From the NCBI RefSeq assembly GCF_009914755.1, contig NC_060942.1: DNA of 64,000 bases, one strand, 5' to 3'. Both the position numbers and the translations under genes were made by a program. This document shows positions 1 to 14,740 of this stretch, piece after piece. How positions within the stretch are numbered: position 1 is the stretch's first letter; each line of letters opens with the position of its first letter. Source of the stretch: the human T2T-CHM13v2.0 reference genome, Homo sapiens. The notes under the pieces are model-generated. The model ran no database searches. It was not told the DNA's origin and worked only from the letters and a program-made list of their open reading frames with translations.

Positions 1-125
1 ATCACTTCTAACATTTTATTATCTAATATTTATTATTCTTACTGTTTGTTGTGTTTCTACCTCACTAGAGTGCAAGTCCCATGAAGGCAGAAAACATCTG
101 TTTCATTCACTCATATATCTCATTC
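1..125 (+). mobile_element. L2 LINE 3' end fragment
   Basis: cactagagtgcaagtcccatgaaggcag...tgtttcattcac resembles the L2a 3' terminus (cactagaatgtaagctccatgagggcag). Confidence 0.7.
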
Positions 126-129
126 TAAA

Positions 130-790
130 AGAGTCAGGATGAGAGGAATTATTGAGAGCGACAATAGCACTTTAGTGACTGACAGAGGAAATGATGACAG
201 CAAAGAACACAAAAAAGAGTGACCAGAAAACATGAAGAACACAAGGACCATGCTGTAGGCCAATTAACCAAAGGCTGAGAAGTTTACACATTTATCGACA
301 AGGAGATATTGGGGAATATTAATGAGAAAAATGTCAGTGAAGTTTTGGGAACTAAAATTAACTGAAAATGTATTATTGGTGGGTTGTTTTAAAATTTTAA
401 TTTAAGGGAGGCTTTAGCATTTTTAAATGTTGATGGAAAGTATGCAAAGAAAAGGCGAAAAATAGAGAAGGGGAGAGAGAGAGAGGAAGGCAAGGGGGAT
501 TAAAAAAGAGATAATTAAGAATGAAAGATGAGATCTGTGAGATCATCGTTGATGCAAATCAAGGGTGGAAAGCAAGGTGAAAGAGACATCTTTCATAGTA
601 ACAAAAATGAGAAAGCACATGGAGAGACATACTAGAAATTATGGAACAATTTGAGAATATTTGTATAAGATTGCTTCTATTTTTTCTATATTGGGTGAGG
701 CAAGCTAGTGTTTTTAGTGTGATAGGCAAATTAGTAGGACTAGATATTTCAGAAGAACTGAAAAAGTTTAGGTAATGTGAGAAAAATAGT
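130..790 (-). mobile_element. degenerate L2 fragment(s)
   Basis: purine-rich tract with motifs resembling antisense L2; very diverged, boundaries approximate. Confidence 0.4.
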
Positions 791-799
791 TACAATGTG

Positions 800-1012
800 T
801 GGAATATATACTGTGCCTTCTTGGACTAAGAATGTACATAGATTATGTCAATAACTCCTGTAACACCATGATGAATATGTATTATTATTCCATTTCCATA
901 TGAAACTTAGGAGAAGTAATTGACTCAATGTTACCCAGGTAATAGGCAGTGTTACCAGTCTTGACTCATCGGTAGTCCCATTCTGGGGTCCAAGTTCTTA
1001 ACCACTAAGCTA
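800..1012 (-). mobile_element. MIR SINE
   Basis: attattattccatttccatatgaaac...ttacccaggt...ttcttaaccactaagcta matches the reverse complement of the MIR core and 5' end. Confidence 0.7.
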
Positions 1013-1746
1013 GGAGCCCCTGTAACAGAGTAGAAATAACTGACTAGGCAAAAAAATAAAAATTGTAGGGATCTGTTTGAAAACACAGTTGAAATTAGAG
1101 TTTCTAAATTCTTAGTTGCTCTATTCAACAAAGTTCTGCAATTTTCTTTAACAGTGCTCAGATATTTAAATTTGTCAAGTGTTGCAGTCTTTTTCCTTTT
1201 TATTCAATTTGGGATTGAATAAAAAGGGGAAAATATTTAAGTTCTCCAGGAAGATGAGGCTGGAGGAATAAATCTTGCAGTATAAGTTGTATAAGGAAGA
1301 AAAAAAAATCTGGATGCAGTTATGGGGAGGGAAGAAAGAGTCAAAGGACCAAAAGTGTATATGAGATTGAAAAAGAGGTAAAAGAGGTAAAATGGTTGTA
1401 ATAGAGAACTGGGAATTTGGATGTTGTGGCAAAAAGAAATTACTTTACTATTTTAATGTTGGATTGTGACAAAGTCCAGGATTGTCCATGGGAGTAGGAG
1501 ACTTAATGCAATTCATAGTATGTATTACTGTATTTGATATTAAAATACTGAATATAGAATGGAAGATAACCAGGAAGATGGCAAGATGACAGAAAGGTAA
1601 TAAACTCTATGCTAAAACTTCCAGAGACAAGAAGGAAATCACTGTGGTGTTGTGAATAAACATGATTTCTAGTGGGCCAAGGATGTTTTTGTTGTTGGTA
1701 TAACCCTCAAAATATCAAAGTTTTTAATAAAATAGAATAGTAATCA

Positions 1747-2102
<356 letters not shown>

Positions 2103-3045
2103 CTACCATGAAGAGTGTGATGGAATGGGCAATTTTCCCTACCATGGGCTGCATTGAAGGCGGTGTCCTCAGTCAATGCTAAGACTGTAGAGAAAGTTTA
2201 GTTAAAAGATGGAAAAGGTAGTACCCTCAGATCCTGTGAAATAATCAAGAGAAGAGAATAATGGGAGTTTGGATCAGCAGAGAAACTCCAGAGCCATATA
2301 AGGAAGTAAATGTAGATGACTAGAGGAAATCTATATTTAGGGAATCATGTGAGGAATGAAGTATTTCAACTAATGGTGAATAAAATGCACATAAAAATTA
2401 GTTGTCTGTGTCCTGATCTGTATGGCACTATGAGTCAGTGCTTCAGGCCGACATCCCCTTCATCAGCAACCCAGGTTCAAAAAGGTTCAACATGTCTACA
2501 GCTGAAGATAGATTGAACACAGAGTTCCTGACAGCTTAGGAGTAACAGATACATCATTTTCCTTTTACTTATCTTCAATATGTACTACCAGATTTTAGAT
2601 AGGATTGAGTGGGCTTTAGAGCAATAAATGATACATGTTATCTTTATCTCGATGTATCTATCAATTATCTATCTATCGGAGAGAGAAGATAAATATTTAA
2701 AGTTTTTTTTTTTAAATAAACAAGATTCTGAGATGAACTGAGTCCTGCAGCTGAGCTTCGATATTAGTTTCAGTGTTCTGGTAGTTAAAGCAGGAAGAGA
2801 AATAATCATTATTACGCTTTTCCTTGGCTGATAAGCAGATGAATATATGTTAGATTCCATTGAGACGACAAGACAGACCAGAGAGGTACAGGATGGCACA
2901 TGTGGTCAGACAACCACTATTTGATTTAATTCCCTTGGAATTGCTCACATGGGTGCTTATACAATGGGCATTAGCAACCTATAGGGAAATTTGATCAATT
3001 ACAGCTTATAAAATGATGTAAAAATATTATTCAGGGCTCTTTCTC

Positions 3046-3048
<3 letters not shown>

Positions 3049-3085
<37 letters not shown>
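3049..3085. repeat. (AC)18 microsatellite
   Basis: pure AC run. Confidence 0.98.
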
Positions 3086-3087
<2 letters not shown>

Positions 3088-3100
3088 CTCTCATACTTCT

Positions 3101-3400
3101 TTTTATTTTTTATTATTTTTTGAGATGGAGTTTCGCACTGTCACCCAGGCTGGAGTGCAGTGGCGCAATCTTGGTTCACTGCAAGCTCCGCCTCCCAGGT
3201 TCATGCTATTCTCGCCTCAGCCTCCCGAGTAGCTGGGACTACAGGCAACCACCACCACGCCCGGCTAATTTTTTGTATTTTTAGTACAGACAGGGTTTCA
3301 CTATGTTAGCCAGGATGGTCTCGATCTCCTGACCTCGTGATCCGCCTGCCTCAGCCTCCCAAAGTGCTGGGATTACAGGCGTGAGCCACTGCGCCTGGCC
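3101..3400 (-). mobile_element. AluY
   Basis: ctgcaagctccgcctcc and ttagccaggatggtctcgatctcc are AluY-type diagnostics. Confidence 0.95.
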
Positions 3401-4639
3401 TTTTCTCACTTTCTTAATATCTAATTTTAAAATGTGAGAATACAGACATCAAGAGGAAGGGACTCATTGCACACACACTGTCATGTCTTTGCAGCCTGCC
3501 TTTCTACACTATCCATTGTTTCAAATAAGCCTTTGGCTTTTGCAAATAGATTGCAATAAACTCCTGGTCATATTGGCTAATGAGTTTCTGAAGGGTGAAA
3601 GATTAATATATTTCATACACGTTCATTATGAGATGATATTGTGAAATGACTTCTGAAATAGATTACATAATTTAAAGATAGCTATTTCATTTTTTTCTTA
3701 GTTTACCAGCATATTTTGACCAAACTGAATACTCTTTCTATATATATATACAATTAAAAAGGCAAAATCAGCCTATTTAGTTGGATGCCATGACCAAAAG
3801 TTCCACGGATTGCTCATGTTCCTTCCTCATTCTCTTACTTCTACATTTGATCCCAGAAAGGAATACTCGGCACAGTGCAGGTACTCATGTTCTCAAATTG
3901 GATATGCAGTATGGGACAGAGAGAAGAAAAAATATGCATTGTGACCCAGCTGTACAAGCCTAGACCAAATCTCCTATTGTACATAAGATGTACTATTACA
4001 GTTAATTTCAGAGAATTATCCAAACAACCAGAGGTGAGACCAAGGAACAGACCTTTTAAAATATTCTAAAACTTTTGTCTACGTAGTAACCCAACAGGCT
4101 GGATCGCCTGTTCTCTGGTTCCTCATGTCCCAGTCGTTCACCTCAGAAGCTGAACGACATTCTCAATAGTTTGCTTCTTTCTGTCAATAATGGATAATGA
4201 CTGTGGGATTTTGGGGAGATATCATCCTGCTCCTCAGACCATAGAGATCTCTTTATGTGGCTCATCTTTTTGTTCCTTCCAGTGCTGAAAACTCTGGTCA
4301 GGTTCTCCGAGTCTGTTAAGCCCATGTTTTGGAGCGGCCAGCATCGTACAGCATGAAAGGCATGCTCATGTCAGGTGCTTCCTTGTGAACCTCGTGCTTT
4401 GTCCTCCTATGTTCAAAGCTGTCCACCCGAGTTAGAGTCTCCCATATCTGGCCATCTTCTCTTTGGCCTTCTCACATTAACACTCAGATTTTCGAGAGTT
4501 CTTATTGCTTCAGGTTAATGATCAGTTGAGTTAGATTTTGAAGTTGTGCATGAGAGGCCTCCAACCCAACTTGATTTGACTCAGCAAAGCAGGGAGTTGG
4601 GCACCAGTTTGGCTTTTTCATCTCTTTCTGCTAAACTGA

Positions 4640-4880
4640 GAGGTGGAATATTGAAGCAATTAAAAGGACCCAAGTGCCAGATTCCTGGATGTGAATCCAC
4701 CTTTGCCACTGGTAACCCATGAGATAGCAAGAATAGCACCTATCCTCCCTGTGCCTTGGAGTCCTCACCTGTAATGAAGAGATGTAACTTTTAAGGAATC
4801 TCTGAACATTAAATGTGTACACATGTGAAGGTGCTTGAAATCACTCCTGACATACAGTGATGCCAGATAAAGTAGGAATT
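4640..4880 (+). mobile_element. MIR SINE
   Basis: gccagattcctggatgtgaatcc...ctgtgccttggagtcctcacctgtaa...atgtgaaggtgctt follows the MIR consensus. Confidence 0.7.
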
Positions 4881-5065
4881 ACGGTGATTTCCCCTTCCTT
4901 AGTTCTTGTGTTGTAGAATTCTTTTGGAGACTTTGTGGTAGATTGAAAATTGTGGGTTCATATATTCTTGAATCCTGTGACCGTATACTATCAAAATAAT
5001 CAAAACTCTAGCATGATTTTCTAATAATTATTAGTGGCACAATTGCTTTATCCTAGTTAGGTAGA

Positions 5066-5679
<614 letters not shown>

Positions 5680-6949
5680 CCGGCCTGATGATTTTTTAAA
5701 AGTCAAAATTTTACCAAGGGAAATAACATTAAACATATTTTCCACTTACGTTCCCTAAATAGAGTTAGTATATATTTTCAAATATTATAAGGGGAATAAT
5801 ATAATAATATGAACTTAACAGGTCTCACATACAGCTGCTTCATAACAAAAGCCAAAAGTCTATTCTAAATTTTTGGAATCCTGAATTGTATTATTACTGA
5901 GATGGTGGGGACATCTCACTGGGGCACAAAAAAAAAGAGGTAGGCATAGAAAAATATCACTTGGACATAGGAAAATATTGACTGTTCATTTACTCTTTAT
6001 GGAAATGCAGACTCTAATCACAGAATGCTAGAGATTCTATATAGTGTCTCTGATGGGCAAAATAAAAATGAACTTTGAATTTATCTAAGCTCTTCAAGGA
6101 GCACTTATGTGAGGACGCAGAAGGCTGCCTCAAATAACAAACAATATTATTTTGGCCTGAATAGATATTGAGGTTTGATGTAGCCACAGGTAATCTTCAC
6201 TCTAAGGGAAACACTTAGCATGGCCCTGTAAGCTCACCAGTGTGGGTCTGCTTCATAATGGATAAATTCCCAAGTAACTGAGAAATTGAGGAGTTGGATA
6301 GTTTTATCATTATTGTAAAACCAACTGTTAAAAAAATTAAATTGATTTTAGAATAGCTGTGCATATTTTTTTGAACTAAATATTAGAACTCATTTTTGGC
6401 AAGTCCAAATGTGCTTTTGATTACAAAAGGCTAGAATCTTTGAAACTGGAACTGTTCCAAATGTTCTGGCGGCTATGGTGATGCTAGGAATAGCTGGAGC
6501 TAAATCTTTATTCCTGACAAGAACTAGTTTTATGGTAGGGATAAACTGTAGCCCTAAAAAGTATGTATCTAATGTATTAGTGGGTAGAACTAATTACACA
6601 GTTATTAAAAAGTATCAACTATTCATTGACTCCTTATGGGAATACAACCACTGCTCTCATGGAACGCGGTGGATGAAACCATAATGAGGTTGTTCCTTCC
6701 TTTTGTCAAAGACCACTTTTGTGCTTTGACCCTATCCTAGTGTCTGCCAGAATAACTGGCCATGCAAGTTCAAACTCTACAAGGAAACCCGCACCCTGCC
6801 CAGATACCTGTGAACCCAAAGAGAGATTACCTCAGAATATATGTTCTTCTTTCAATCTTATAGAGCAATACATGTGAGACTCAGCAGTACAATCTAAATA
6901 CAAATTACAAAATAAAGATGACAAACAAAATCATAAGCAACTAAAATAA

Positions 6950-7870
6950 CAACATCAGAAGAACCCAGAAATTGGAAAATTATATGTATTATATTTGTAC
7001 TGCATATGATAAAGCTTTAATAATAGTCTGAAAATTACTCTCACAAATTGATAAGAAAAACACAAATGACAGCAAGAATTGGGTAAATCATGTGAACAGG
7101 AAATTCACTAAAGCTTAATTCCAAATATAATGAAAAATATGTGAAAAATTGTAAACCCTACTAGAATATTTAATTATAAATTAATATAAAATTACCTATA
7201 AAATAATGAGATATAACATTAGTGATTGAGATATTGACAAAAGTAGTTTTTGCAGTGGTAGGTTAAGAATTAGTCATTTCATCTTCGTTTAAATCTAATA
7301 TGGTAATATTTATTGGGAACAATAATAATAAAAAAAACCCTTCTAATTAGCAATTCCAGTTCTGTGAATCTATTCCATAAACAGTGCAATACAATTACAT
7401 AAAGTATAAGTAATTAAGTATAAGTAATAAGTAATTTATCAAAGTCCAATGAAAAATGTAAATTAAAACAAGGACTCTCAAAAACAAGTGGTTCCATACA
7501 TCGTGGAATATATACAATGGAATATCATGAAGAATTAAAGTGAATTAATTAGAACTATAACGGTTGTCTTAGGGGGATTTCTACTGTGTACTGACAACTG
7601 AAAAAAGCAGGATTTACAACTGCGAGCATACATAATTCTATTTTTATAAAGCATGACAGAGAGAGAGAGAGTGTGTGTGTGTGAATAAACACACAGCTGT
7701 ATAAACTGGAAGAAAGTTGTAGAGGATGCACTCCAGGTTGTTCACATTGTTCACCTGTGGAAGTGAAAGTGGTACAGTGGAAGAATGAGGTAACAAGGCA
7801 GAAGAAAACAAAGGTGCTTGTGATTATTCAAAACAGCGCATATAGTATGATCTCATTTAAGTAAAATGAT
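6950..7870 (+). mobile_element. old L1 (L1ME-like) ORF2 end / 3'UTR
   Basis: caaattgataagaaaaac...tgaacaggaaattcac...agcaattccagttctgtgaatctat...tacaatggaatatcat. Confidence 0.75.
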
Positions 7871-9171
7871 ATGCCAAAATACTCTTCTGCAGGTTCATTT
7901 CTTCCAGGTGTAACCTCCTTCCTGTGTTGTGCTGTCTTGAGGTGAAGACCTCCTCTGCTTATCTTTCCTGTTACCTCCTGGGTTTCTGTCCCTCATCTCC
8001 TCAACTAATCACACCTCCCCAAAAATGTAAAGCACAAACAAGTAAAATATATTTGCAATTCACGGCGGGAAAGACAACTTTTCTAAGGCAAAGTATAATT
8101 TGTGGACATCCACTACTGCCTTTGGCATAAATACACTCCTTTCTCTTTCCCATAGTAGTTACACTTTTGTACTCACAGCACAGAACACATCACCTTTTAC
8201 TAGCAAGCCTTTTAGATGGAGTTGAGAAGGTAAAATTCCACAATGGAATAGAATCCAATTTTCTCTGACAAGTTGCTTGTTTGCTTTTTTTTTTTAATAA
8301 GTGTTTTGTTGTTAGTGTTTTCAATTTCTAATATAAAGATATTACCAAAAAGAACCTCTTTGCTGTTTTGACAAGGACACTTCATTACATTTTTATTAAA
8401 GAAACACTAGGCCTAGGTCCTTCACAAGATGACTTGGATTTATTCCAAAATAGGTAGAATTTTTCCAGAGATACGATGGTCGGTATCAATCTTTGAACCT
8501 CAGTTTTTCCACCTACGTAACTGGAACAATCATTGTATTAATAACATATTCTAAATCCAAGAATATCATTGAGGCATAGGTGTGTGTCTTATATGAAGTT
8601 TTAGTGATTATCACTCAAGTGATCAAATGGGATGTAATTTATATAATAAATGTGTAAATTCATAATATAAATTTGGTATTGGTAAATTTATCATATTACA
8701 GAGTATAGCGTATGTAGAGTAGATTTTAATTTGGAAACAGCATCTTATTCACCATGCCAAACATACACATATATAAAGCCAAAATAATAATATGTTTACT
8801 GAGAATGAAAAATAAAACTGTCTTGAAAACTAGAATACTTGAATTCACATTTGTGCTAATTCTTTTTTTATCTCCCATATCCACAGAGGAAGTTACAATA
8901 AACTATTAATTTAATTAAAAAATTATAGAACTGTAATATTTGAAGTTTATATGATAAATTATCTCCTTGCATGCAGACATATTTGCAAATATTAATATTT
9001 CTACAGAAATAAAAATATTATAGAAGCCAGATACTTTTTTGATAGATTCTTAATAGGAATTTAGATAAATTGGATGTATATTGGGTTTAGCATTCCAAGG
9101 CTAAACCACACCAGTTGTTTTATTCTCTTCAATGTCATGCTTTGAGTGATACCAACTCTAGTTAAATCCTC

Positions 9172-9613
9172 TGTAGTGGGTAGAACTGTGTCCCACAAAG
9201 ATATGTTCAAGTCCCCAACCCTCATACCTATGAATGTGACTGTATTTGGAAACAGGGTCTTTAAAGATGTAATCAAGTAAAAATGAGGCATACGGCATTA
9301 GGGTAGACCTTAATCCAATGACTGATGTCTTTATAAGAAGATTGTGTGAAGCCACAGGGATACATATAGAAAGGGCCTTGTGACAATGGAGGAAGAGATT
9401 GGAACAATTAGTCTACAAGTCAAAGAACCTCAAGGATGCCAGCAATCACCAGAAGCTGGAAGATTCTCCCCTTGAGCCCCTGGAGGGAGTGTAGTGCTGC
9501 CAACCTTTTGATTTAGTCTTCTCCTCTCTGGAACTATTAGATAATCATTTTCTGTTGTTTTAAACCATCTAGCTTGTGGTAATTTGCTTTGGCAGATCTG
9601 GAAAACTAATACA
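9172..9613 (+). mobile_element. MaLR solo LTR (MLT1C-like)
   Basis: TG...CA termini; gaatgtgactgtatttggaaacagggtcttt and ggaaaactaataca. Confidence 0.9.
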
Positions 9614-10049
9614 TTTTCCTTGGCTTTCATGACAACTGAACTCTAATGTTTTTCTGTTGTTCATTTACAATAGTAAATTAATAAATTCATTCTTTATCAT
9701 TGTCTTATGTAATTCAGATCCGATATCATTTCTTGTAACAACTGTACAAATCTATATGCTTTCAAGATAAATATTGGATACATGTCATTTCTAAATATGA
9801 TACTGTAGAACCAAATTTCTCAACCCATGCTATGAGATATTTGGAAAACTTTTGTTTAGAATTCCACATTCAAATATTGAATTTTCCACTACATAACAAA
9901 AACAACATTTGTCTAAATATCCTTTTTTGTTTTTTAAGTTGGCTTATTTGAAACTCTAATGAATACAGCATTTAATAATAAATACTATAATGAAGTATTT
10001 TCTATATGCATAGGATAAATGGTCAATCAAAACAAATTAACCAAACACA

Positions 10050-10900
10050 GATAAATGGAGTTTCCACTTTAACAGAGAGAAACAGGCAGTAAATAAGAAA
10101 ATTCAGATGACAACTACTACAAATAAACAAATGGAAAAGAGTAATTGGATGGATGGAACGGGACTGGAGTTGGATGGCTCATTTAGGTTTGTCTGTAAGG
10201 GAGGTCCTCATGTGGAGGTGATCCTGGAGCTGAGACTTTCCTGAGCCAACAGTAAGCAGAAGAAATAAATGATGAATCTTAAAATCCTGAGATAGGACCC
10301 AACTTTACAAGCTAATGTAATAAGAGAAAGAATGCCAGTGCATGTTTATCAAGGTATATAGTGCAAGAAGAATGGGCTTGAGACAAACTATAGAGAGTAT
10401 TGTATAGGCCATATGAAAAGTTCAAATTTTCTTAAAAGTTAATGGGATGATATTGAAAAGTTCTAAGAGATGTGGGGCTTAATCACACGTTTTTAAGACA
10501 CTGCTTTGGAAAAATGCTTGGTATCTGCACACAAATAGCAAGAGACGGATGAATTAGAAGGTGATGTTTGCTCTGCAAATGGCTTGGAATAAGGTGGTGC
10601 TTGCAGATGCAAACATTAGAAGATTTCTATTATATTTTTTATAGGTTGCGTCTTGAAGTTTTGGTAGTGAAATTGGATTGTGATGGGAAGCTTGAGGGAA
10701 CAGATGGAACTGAGCAAGACTTGCAGTTTTTCAGTTTAAGCAAAAAGATGTATGACAATGTCATCTCCCAAAACGTGTAAGGGTTTCTAGAAACTGCAAT
10801 TTTAAAAGTTGTGCGATAATGAAACTTCCTCAGTGTATAGTCATTTATGCCAGTAAAAACCCCTGATGTTAAATGAGAGATCAATTTGGGAAAGATAAAT
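10050..10900 (-). mobile_element. L2 fragments
   Basis: ggaggtcctcatgtggaggtgatcctggagctgagac and related antisense L2 motifs. Confidence 0.6.
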
Positions 10901-11769
10901 TGGTATTTTCAGAGCTAACCATACAGAAATATATTATTAATGCTCATTTGTTTGTATTTTGAGTCATTAGTGAAACACCCTTTCATGTATATTAAATACA
11001 ATTAAAAAGAAGTAATATGGATGCAACACCATAAAGCTATAAAATAGGAACATCAATGAAATCAAAATGTCTCACTAGAGGCCAAATAAGAGTTACTGGC
11101 TCAACTAAGAGACTAAAAGCTGCTAGCAGGTGCCCTAGGGCAATTCAGGAGATGAAAGAAAACTTCACTGAGAAAAATCTTTCTAAGAGGAGGGTGATAG
11201 GCTGAACACCTGGTCAGAGCTTAAAGGTCATTTATTGGACAAACTCAGTAAATATTTATGGAGGTCACTGAGGCACAGACACAGAACCCGTAGGCTCCAG
11301 CCTCAGGACAGGGGCTTGCATATTTTATACCTGCGAGGAGAAAGGCAGGCTTCAATTAGTGCATGCAGGCTTTGCTCTTCAGAGCCCCCTGCACAGCTCC
11401 AGGAATTGTCAAGCTCTTGTTCCCATTTCTGTCTGCAGCCGGGAGCTTGTCGTTCTATGCCATGTAGAAAAGCCTGATGCCCATGTTTGAAAGAGAATCT
11501 TTGGTTGGCTGGTACAGCATCATGAACCATACTCTTGCAATTTGACAACAATAAAGGCTTACCTTTTTATCATCAACTCCGAGATGCTTTGGTTCTCTTT
11601 ATGTTCTCTAACTTGTCTTATGTTATATTTTCAAATGGAAGTAGGTCTTCTAAAGTGTAAATAATAAACTGACAACAGTATCAACAATAAAGAGAGGCTT
11701 TGCTAGATGAATATCTTCCTTATTGGTATCATTTCTGGGAGGTCTAAAACAGACTCACAATTATAGGAA

Positions 11770-12070
11770 ACACATTTATTGTTTCCATAAACATTCAAGC
11801 AACGTGCAAGAGATGTTCCTATAAGGTTATTGATTAGTGAGAGACAGCAAAATAAATAGAGAAATAAATAAATAAGTGGGAGACAGATAGGTGTTAAAGT
11901 CCTTTGGGGTGTGAATAGTGCTATGGATACATAGAGAAGGAATGCACAAGCAGGTAAACTGAGGACAGGATGATCACTAAGAGTTAACTTGAACAGAGGA
12001 GGGGCATCATATACTGGATAGAAGAAAAAAAAAAGGTAAAAGCATTGAAGTGCAAGAGGACATGAATTTG
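11770..12070 (-). mobile_element. L2 fragment
   Basis: agtgctatggatacatagagaagg...ttgaacagagga; diverged. Confidence 0.5.
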
Positions 12071-12111
12071 TCAGTGGAAAACAAACAAAAATCCTAACTT
12101 AAAAAAAAAAT

Positions 12112-12408
12112 GGCCAGGTGCGGTGGCTCATCCTTGTAATCACAGCACTTTGGGAGGCCGAGGCAGGCAGATAATGAGGTCAGGAGTTCGAGACCAGTCT
12201 GGCCAACATGGTGAAACCCGTCTCTATTAAAAATACAAAAATTAGCCAGGCACGGTGGCATGCGCCTGTAATACCAGCTATTCAGGAGGCTGAGGCAGGC
12301 AAATCGCTTGAATCTGGGAGGTGGAAGTTGCATTGAGCCAAGATCGCAACACTGCACTCCAGTCTGGGTGACAGAGCAAGACTCTGTCTCAAAAAAAAAA
12401 AAAAAAAA
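12112..12408 (+). mobile_element. AluS (Sg-like)
   Basis: full dimer, A18 tail, lacks the 2 bp of cacctgaggtc. Confidence 0.95.
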
Positions 12409-12639
12409 TTAAGCATTAGTACATCTCAATAGCTAAGGGACACACACTTGATTTTTTTTTAATCTTTAGAATATATGTGTTTTTTTCTCTGTTTATATTA
12501 AATTGTTCAATATCAAACTCTAATCTATATTTTAAAGTTTTAGATTTACATGCAAAAGTATATGTTTTGTGTTTCTGATACTTTAGTAGGAGAAATACAA
12601 TTAAAGTATAATTTTGAAGATGACATGATAAAAATTGAA

Positions 12640-13920
12640 AACAAATACTGAATACAGTGTTGAATTCATTAAAACTGGTTAATCAATTTGAAAAAAAATA
12701 TCAATTTTTACCAAACTCCAAATAAAGTGAATTCCATATATATTAACAATTTAGAAAATTAAATGCGGAAATTACACATTAGGGGAAAATACGGTGAAGA
12801 AACTATATAATCTGGGAGTAAGTTATTACTTTTGTCAATTTCCTACAGCTAAAGACCACTAGGAACACACTTGTAGTCAAACAAATTTATTAGATTTTGT
12901 AACATGGGATTATGCTTCTCGGAGCTCATGGGGTATCAGTAAAAGGCTGTTGGAAAGGACTTACAAGATTCAGGTTTGTTAGGAGATTTGGGGGGAGGAT
13001 TTAAGAAAATTCGATTTGCTCTAGATTGGATGCTATCATAAAGCAGTAGTTATCCTATAATTGTGTATCTTAATAAATCTTACCTAGAAGAATGAAAACT
13101 AACCCATGTGTAAAAGAGTATTTGATAAAGAAGCAGCAATCACTCATATTAACCAGGATTGGGAGATGTTTGGTCATTTCTGTGTCTTGGACAAAGTTTA
13201 TCTTTTCTTCTGTTTTGAAATATAGGGTGGTTTTCTCTTTGTTTTGACCCATCTTGGACACAAATGGGATTGTACAATACTAATGTTCTGTAAAATTGCT
13301 TATGTTCAACAAAGAATACCAGAGCCAGCTTCTAAATATCAGGGGAAGCTTTGGTCTTTCTCACTTTCAAGTTGTGATTCTAACAGCAGGTACTAAATTG
13401 GAGAGGATAGATAAATATTATTACGTAAAGATTTCTAATCTCTGCACAGAAAAATGTATAGACAAAGTTAAATGTTAAAGTAAGAACACTTTCGTAATAT
13501 ATGACAGGCAGAAGGTTAATATCCACAATAAATAAAATACTTTTACAAGTCAAAATACTAGATGAATTTTTCAAGAATAAAAAAGATTTAACAGGCAATG
13601 GATTTAGAAATTAAAGACACTAAAAAATCCAATAAGTATACATTTTTGAGAAATCAATCTTAATGGCACGTAAAGACATAGAAATTAAAATACTAGTGGT
13701 ATACTGTATTTTCCTATAAGTCAGGTAAAATTGATACTATAACCTTTGTTGGCAAGAATATAGGCACTTCCACATGTAACTGGTTAATAGCAATATGAAA
13801 CGTAAAGACTTGAAGACATACTTTCCTTTTGACCTAGCAGTCTCATTTATAGGAATTTATTCAGAATAAATAACCCACAGATACTTAAAACCATGAGGAC
13901 AAAAATGGTTGTCATAATAT
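12640..13920 (+). mobile_element. old L1 (L1ME-like) split by the LTR
   Basis: ataatctgggagta|...|ttctaatctctgcacagaaaa...gacctagcagtctcatttataggaatttat. Confidence 0.65.
12833..13363 (-). mobile_element. ERV1-class solo LTR (MER89-like)
   Basis: TG...CA termini, exact 4-bp TSD cttt, interrupts an L1; family from recalled motifs (aagaagcagcaatcactcatatt, ttatgttcaac). Confidence 0.75.
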
Positions 13921-13924
13921 TTTC

Positions 13925-14740
13925 AACCTTTGTGCAAATTTTCAAACATGTGAAATTAGAGAGAATAGTAGGATGAACCCTCATATACTCATCACACAGC
14001 TGCGTCAAATATCATTATTTTGCTACATTTTTATCTATACATTTCCATCTTTTTTATGCTGTTGTATTTCAAAACAAATCCCGTACAACACATCACTGAA
14101 CCAGCAGACATTTCAGTGTGCATCTCTAAGAGGCAAGATCTTTAAAAAAAAGAAAAGAAATGCCATTTTCACACCTAAGAAAAATTTCAATTTACTCATA
14201 ATGGCTTTACACACTTAGTAACCAGTTAATATCCAAATTTCCCCCAATTTTCAGTGCCCTTCTCTTCATCAGAATCCAAAGTCCCACGCTGTATTTGTTA
14301 CATTTAAATCTCTTGCTTACTACAACGACATTCTTTCTGGATTTTTACTTTTCTGTGTGCCTGTTTTTAAGCCAATGATGGTTTGAAAAACCTGGTTATT
14401 TATCCTTTAGAATGTCTGTCATTCTAGATTTGCCAAGAATTTTTCTGTGACATCACTTAAATTGTTCCTTTGTCTCTTGTATTTCATGTGAATTCAAAAT
14501 TAAAAATCTAAAGATGTGATAAGATTAGTGATTAAATGTTTAGAATGCTTCATAAATGGTACTGTGAAATTCCTATTGCTTTTTCACTCATGAAACAAAA
14601 ATATCTGGTTGTATCGCTTTTAACGATGCTAACATTGATTAGTGTTTGAGGGTGGTCTTGGCTATCAATTCCTCAACAGTATGTCACATAGTCATGTGAC
14701 AGACATTGGTGATTATTTTCTAGGTCCATATGTCACTCAG
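13925..14740 (-). mobile_element. L1MC4/5-like 3' end
   Basis: aaattttcaaacat...gaatagtaggatgaaccctcatatactcatcac. Confidence 0.7.

Noticed and set aside
6780-6793. 14-mer caaggaaacccgca identical to 30498-30511
   Set aside because: Several exact 14-mer matches are expected by chance in a 64-kb self-comparison, and the flanks do not extend
8968-9010. Overlapping palindromes atatttgcaaatat and aaatattaatattt
   Set aside because: Very AT-rich context makes these unremarkable
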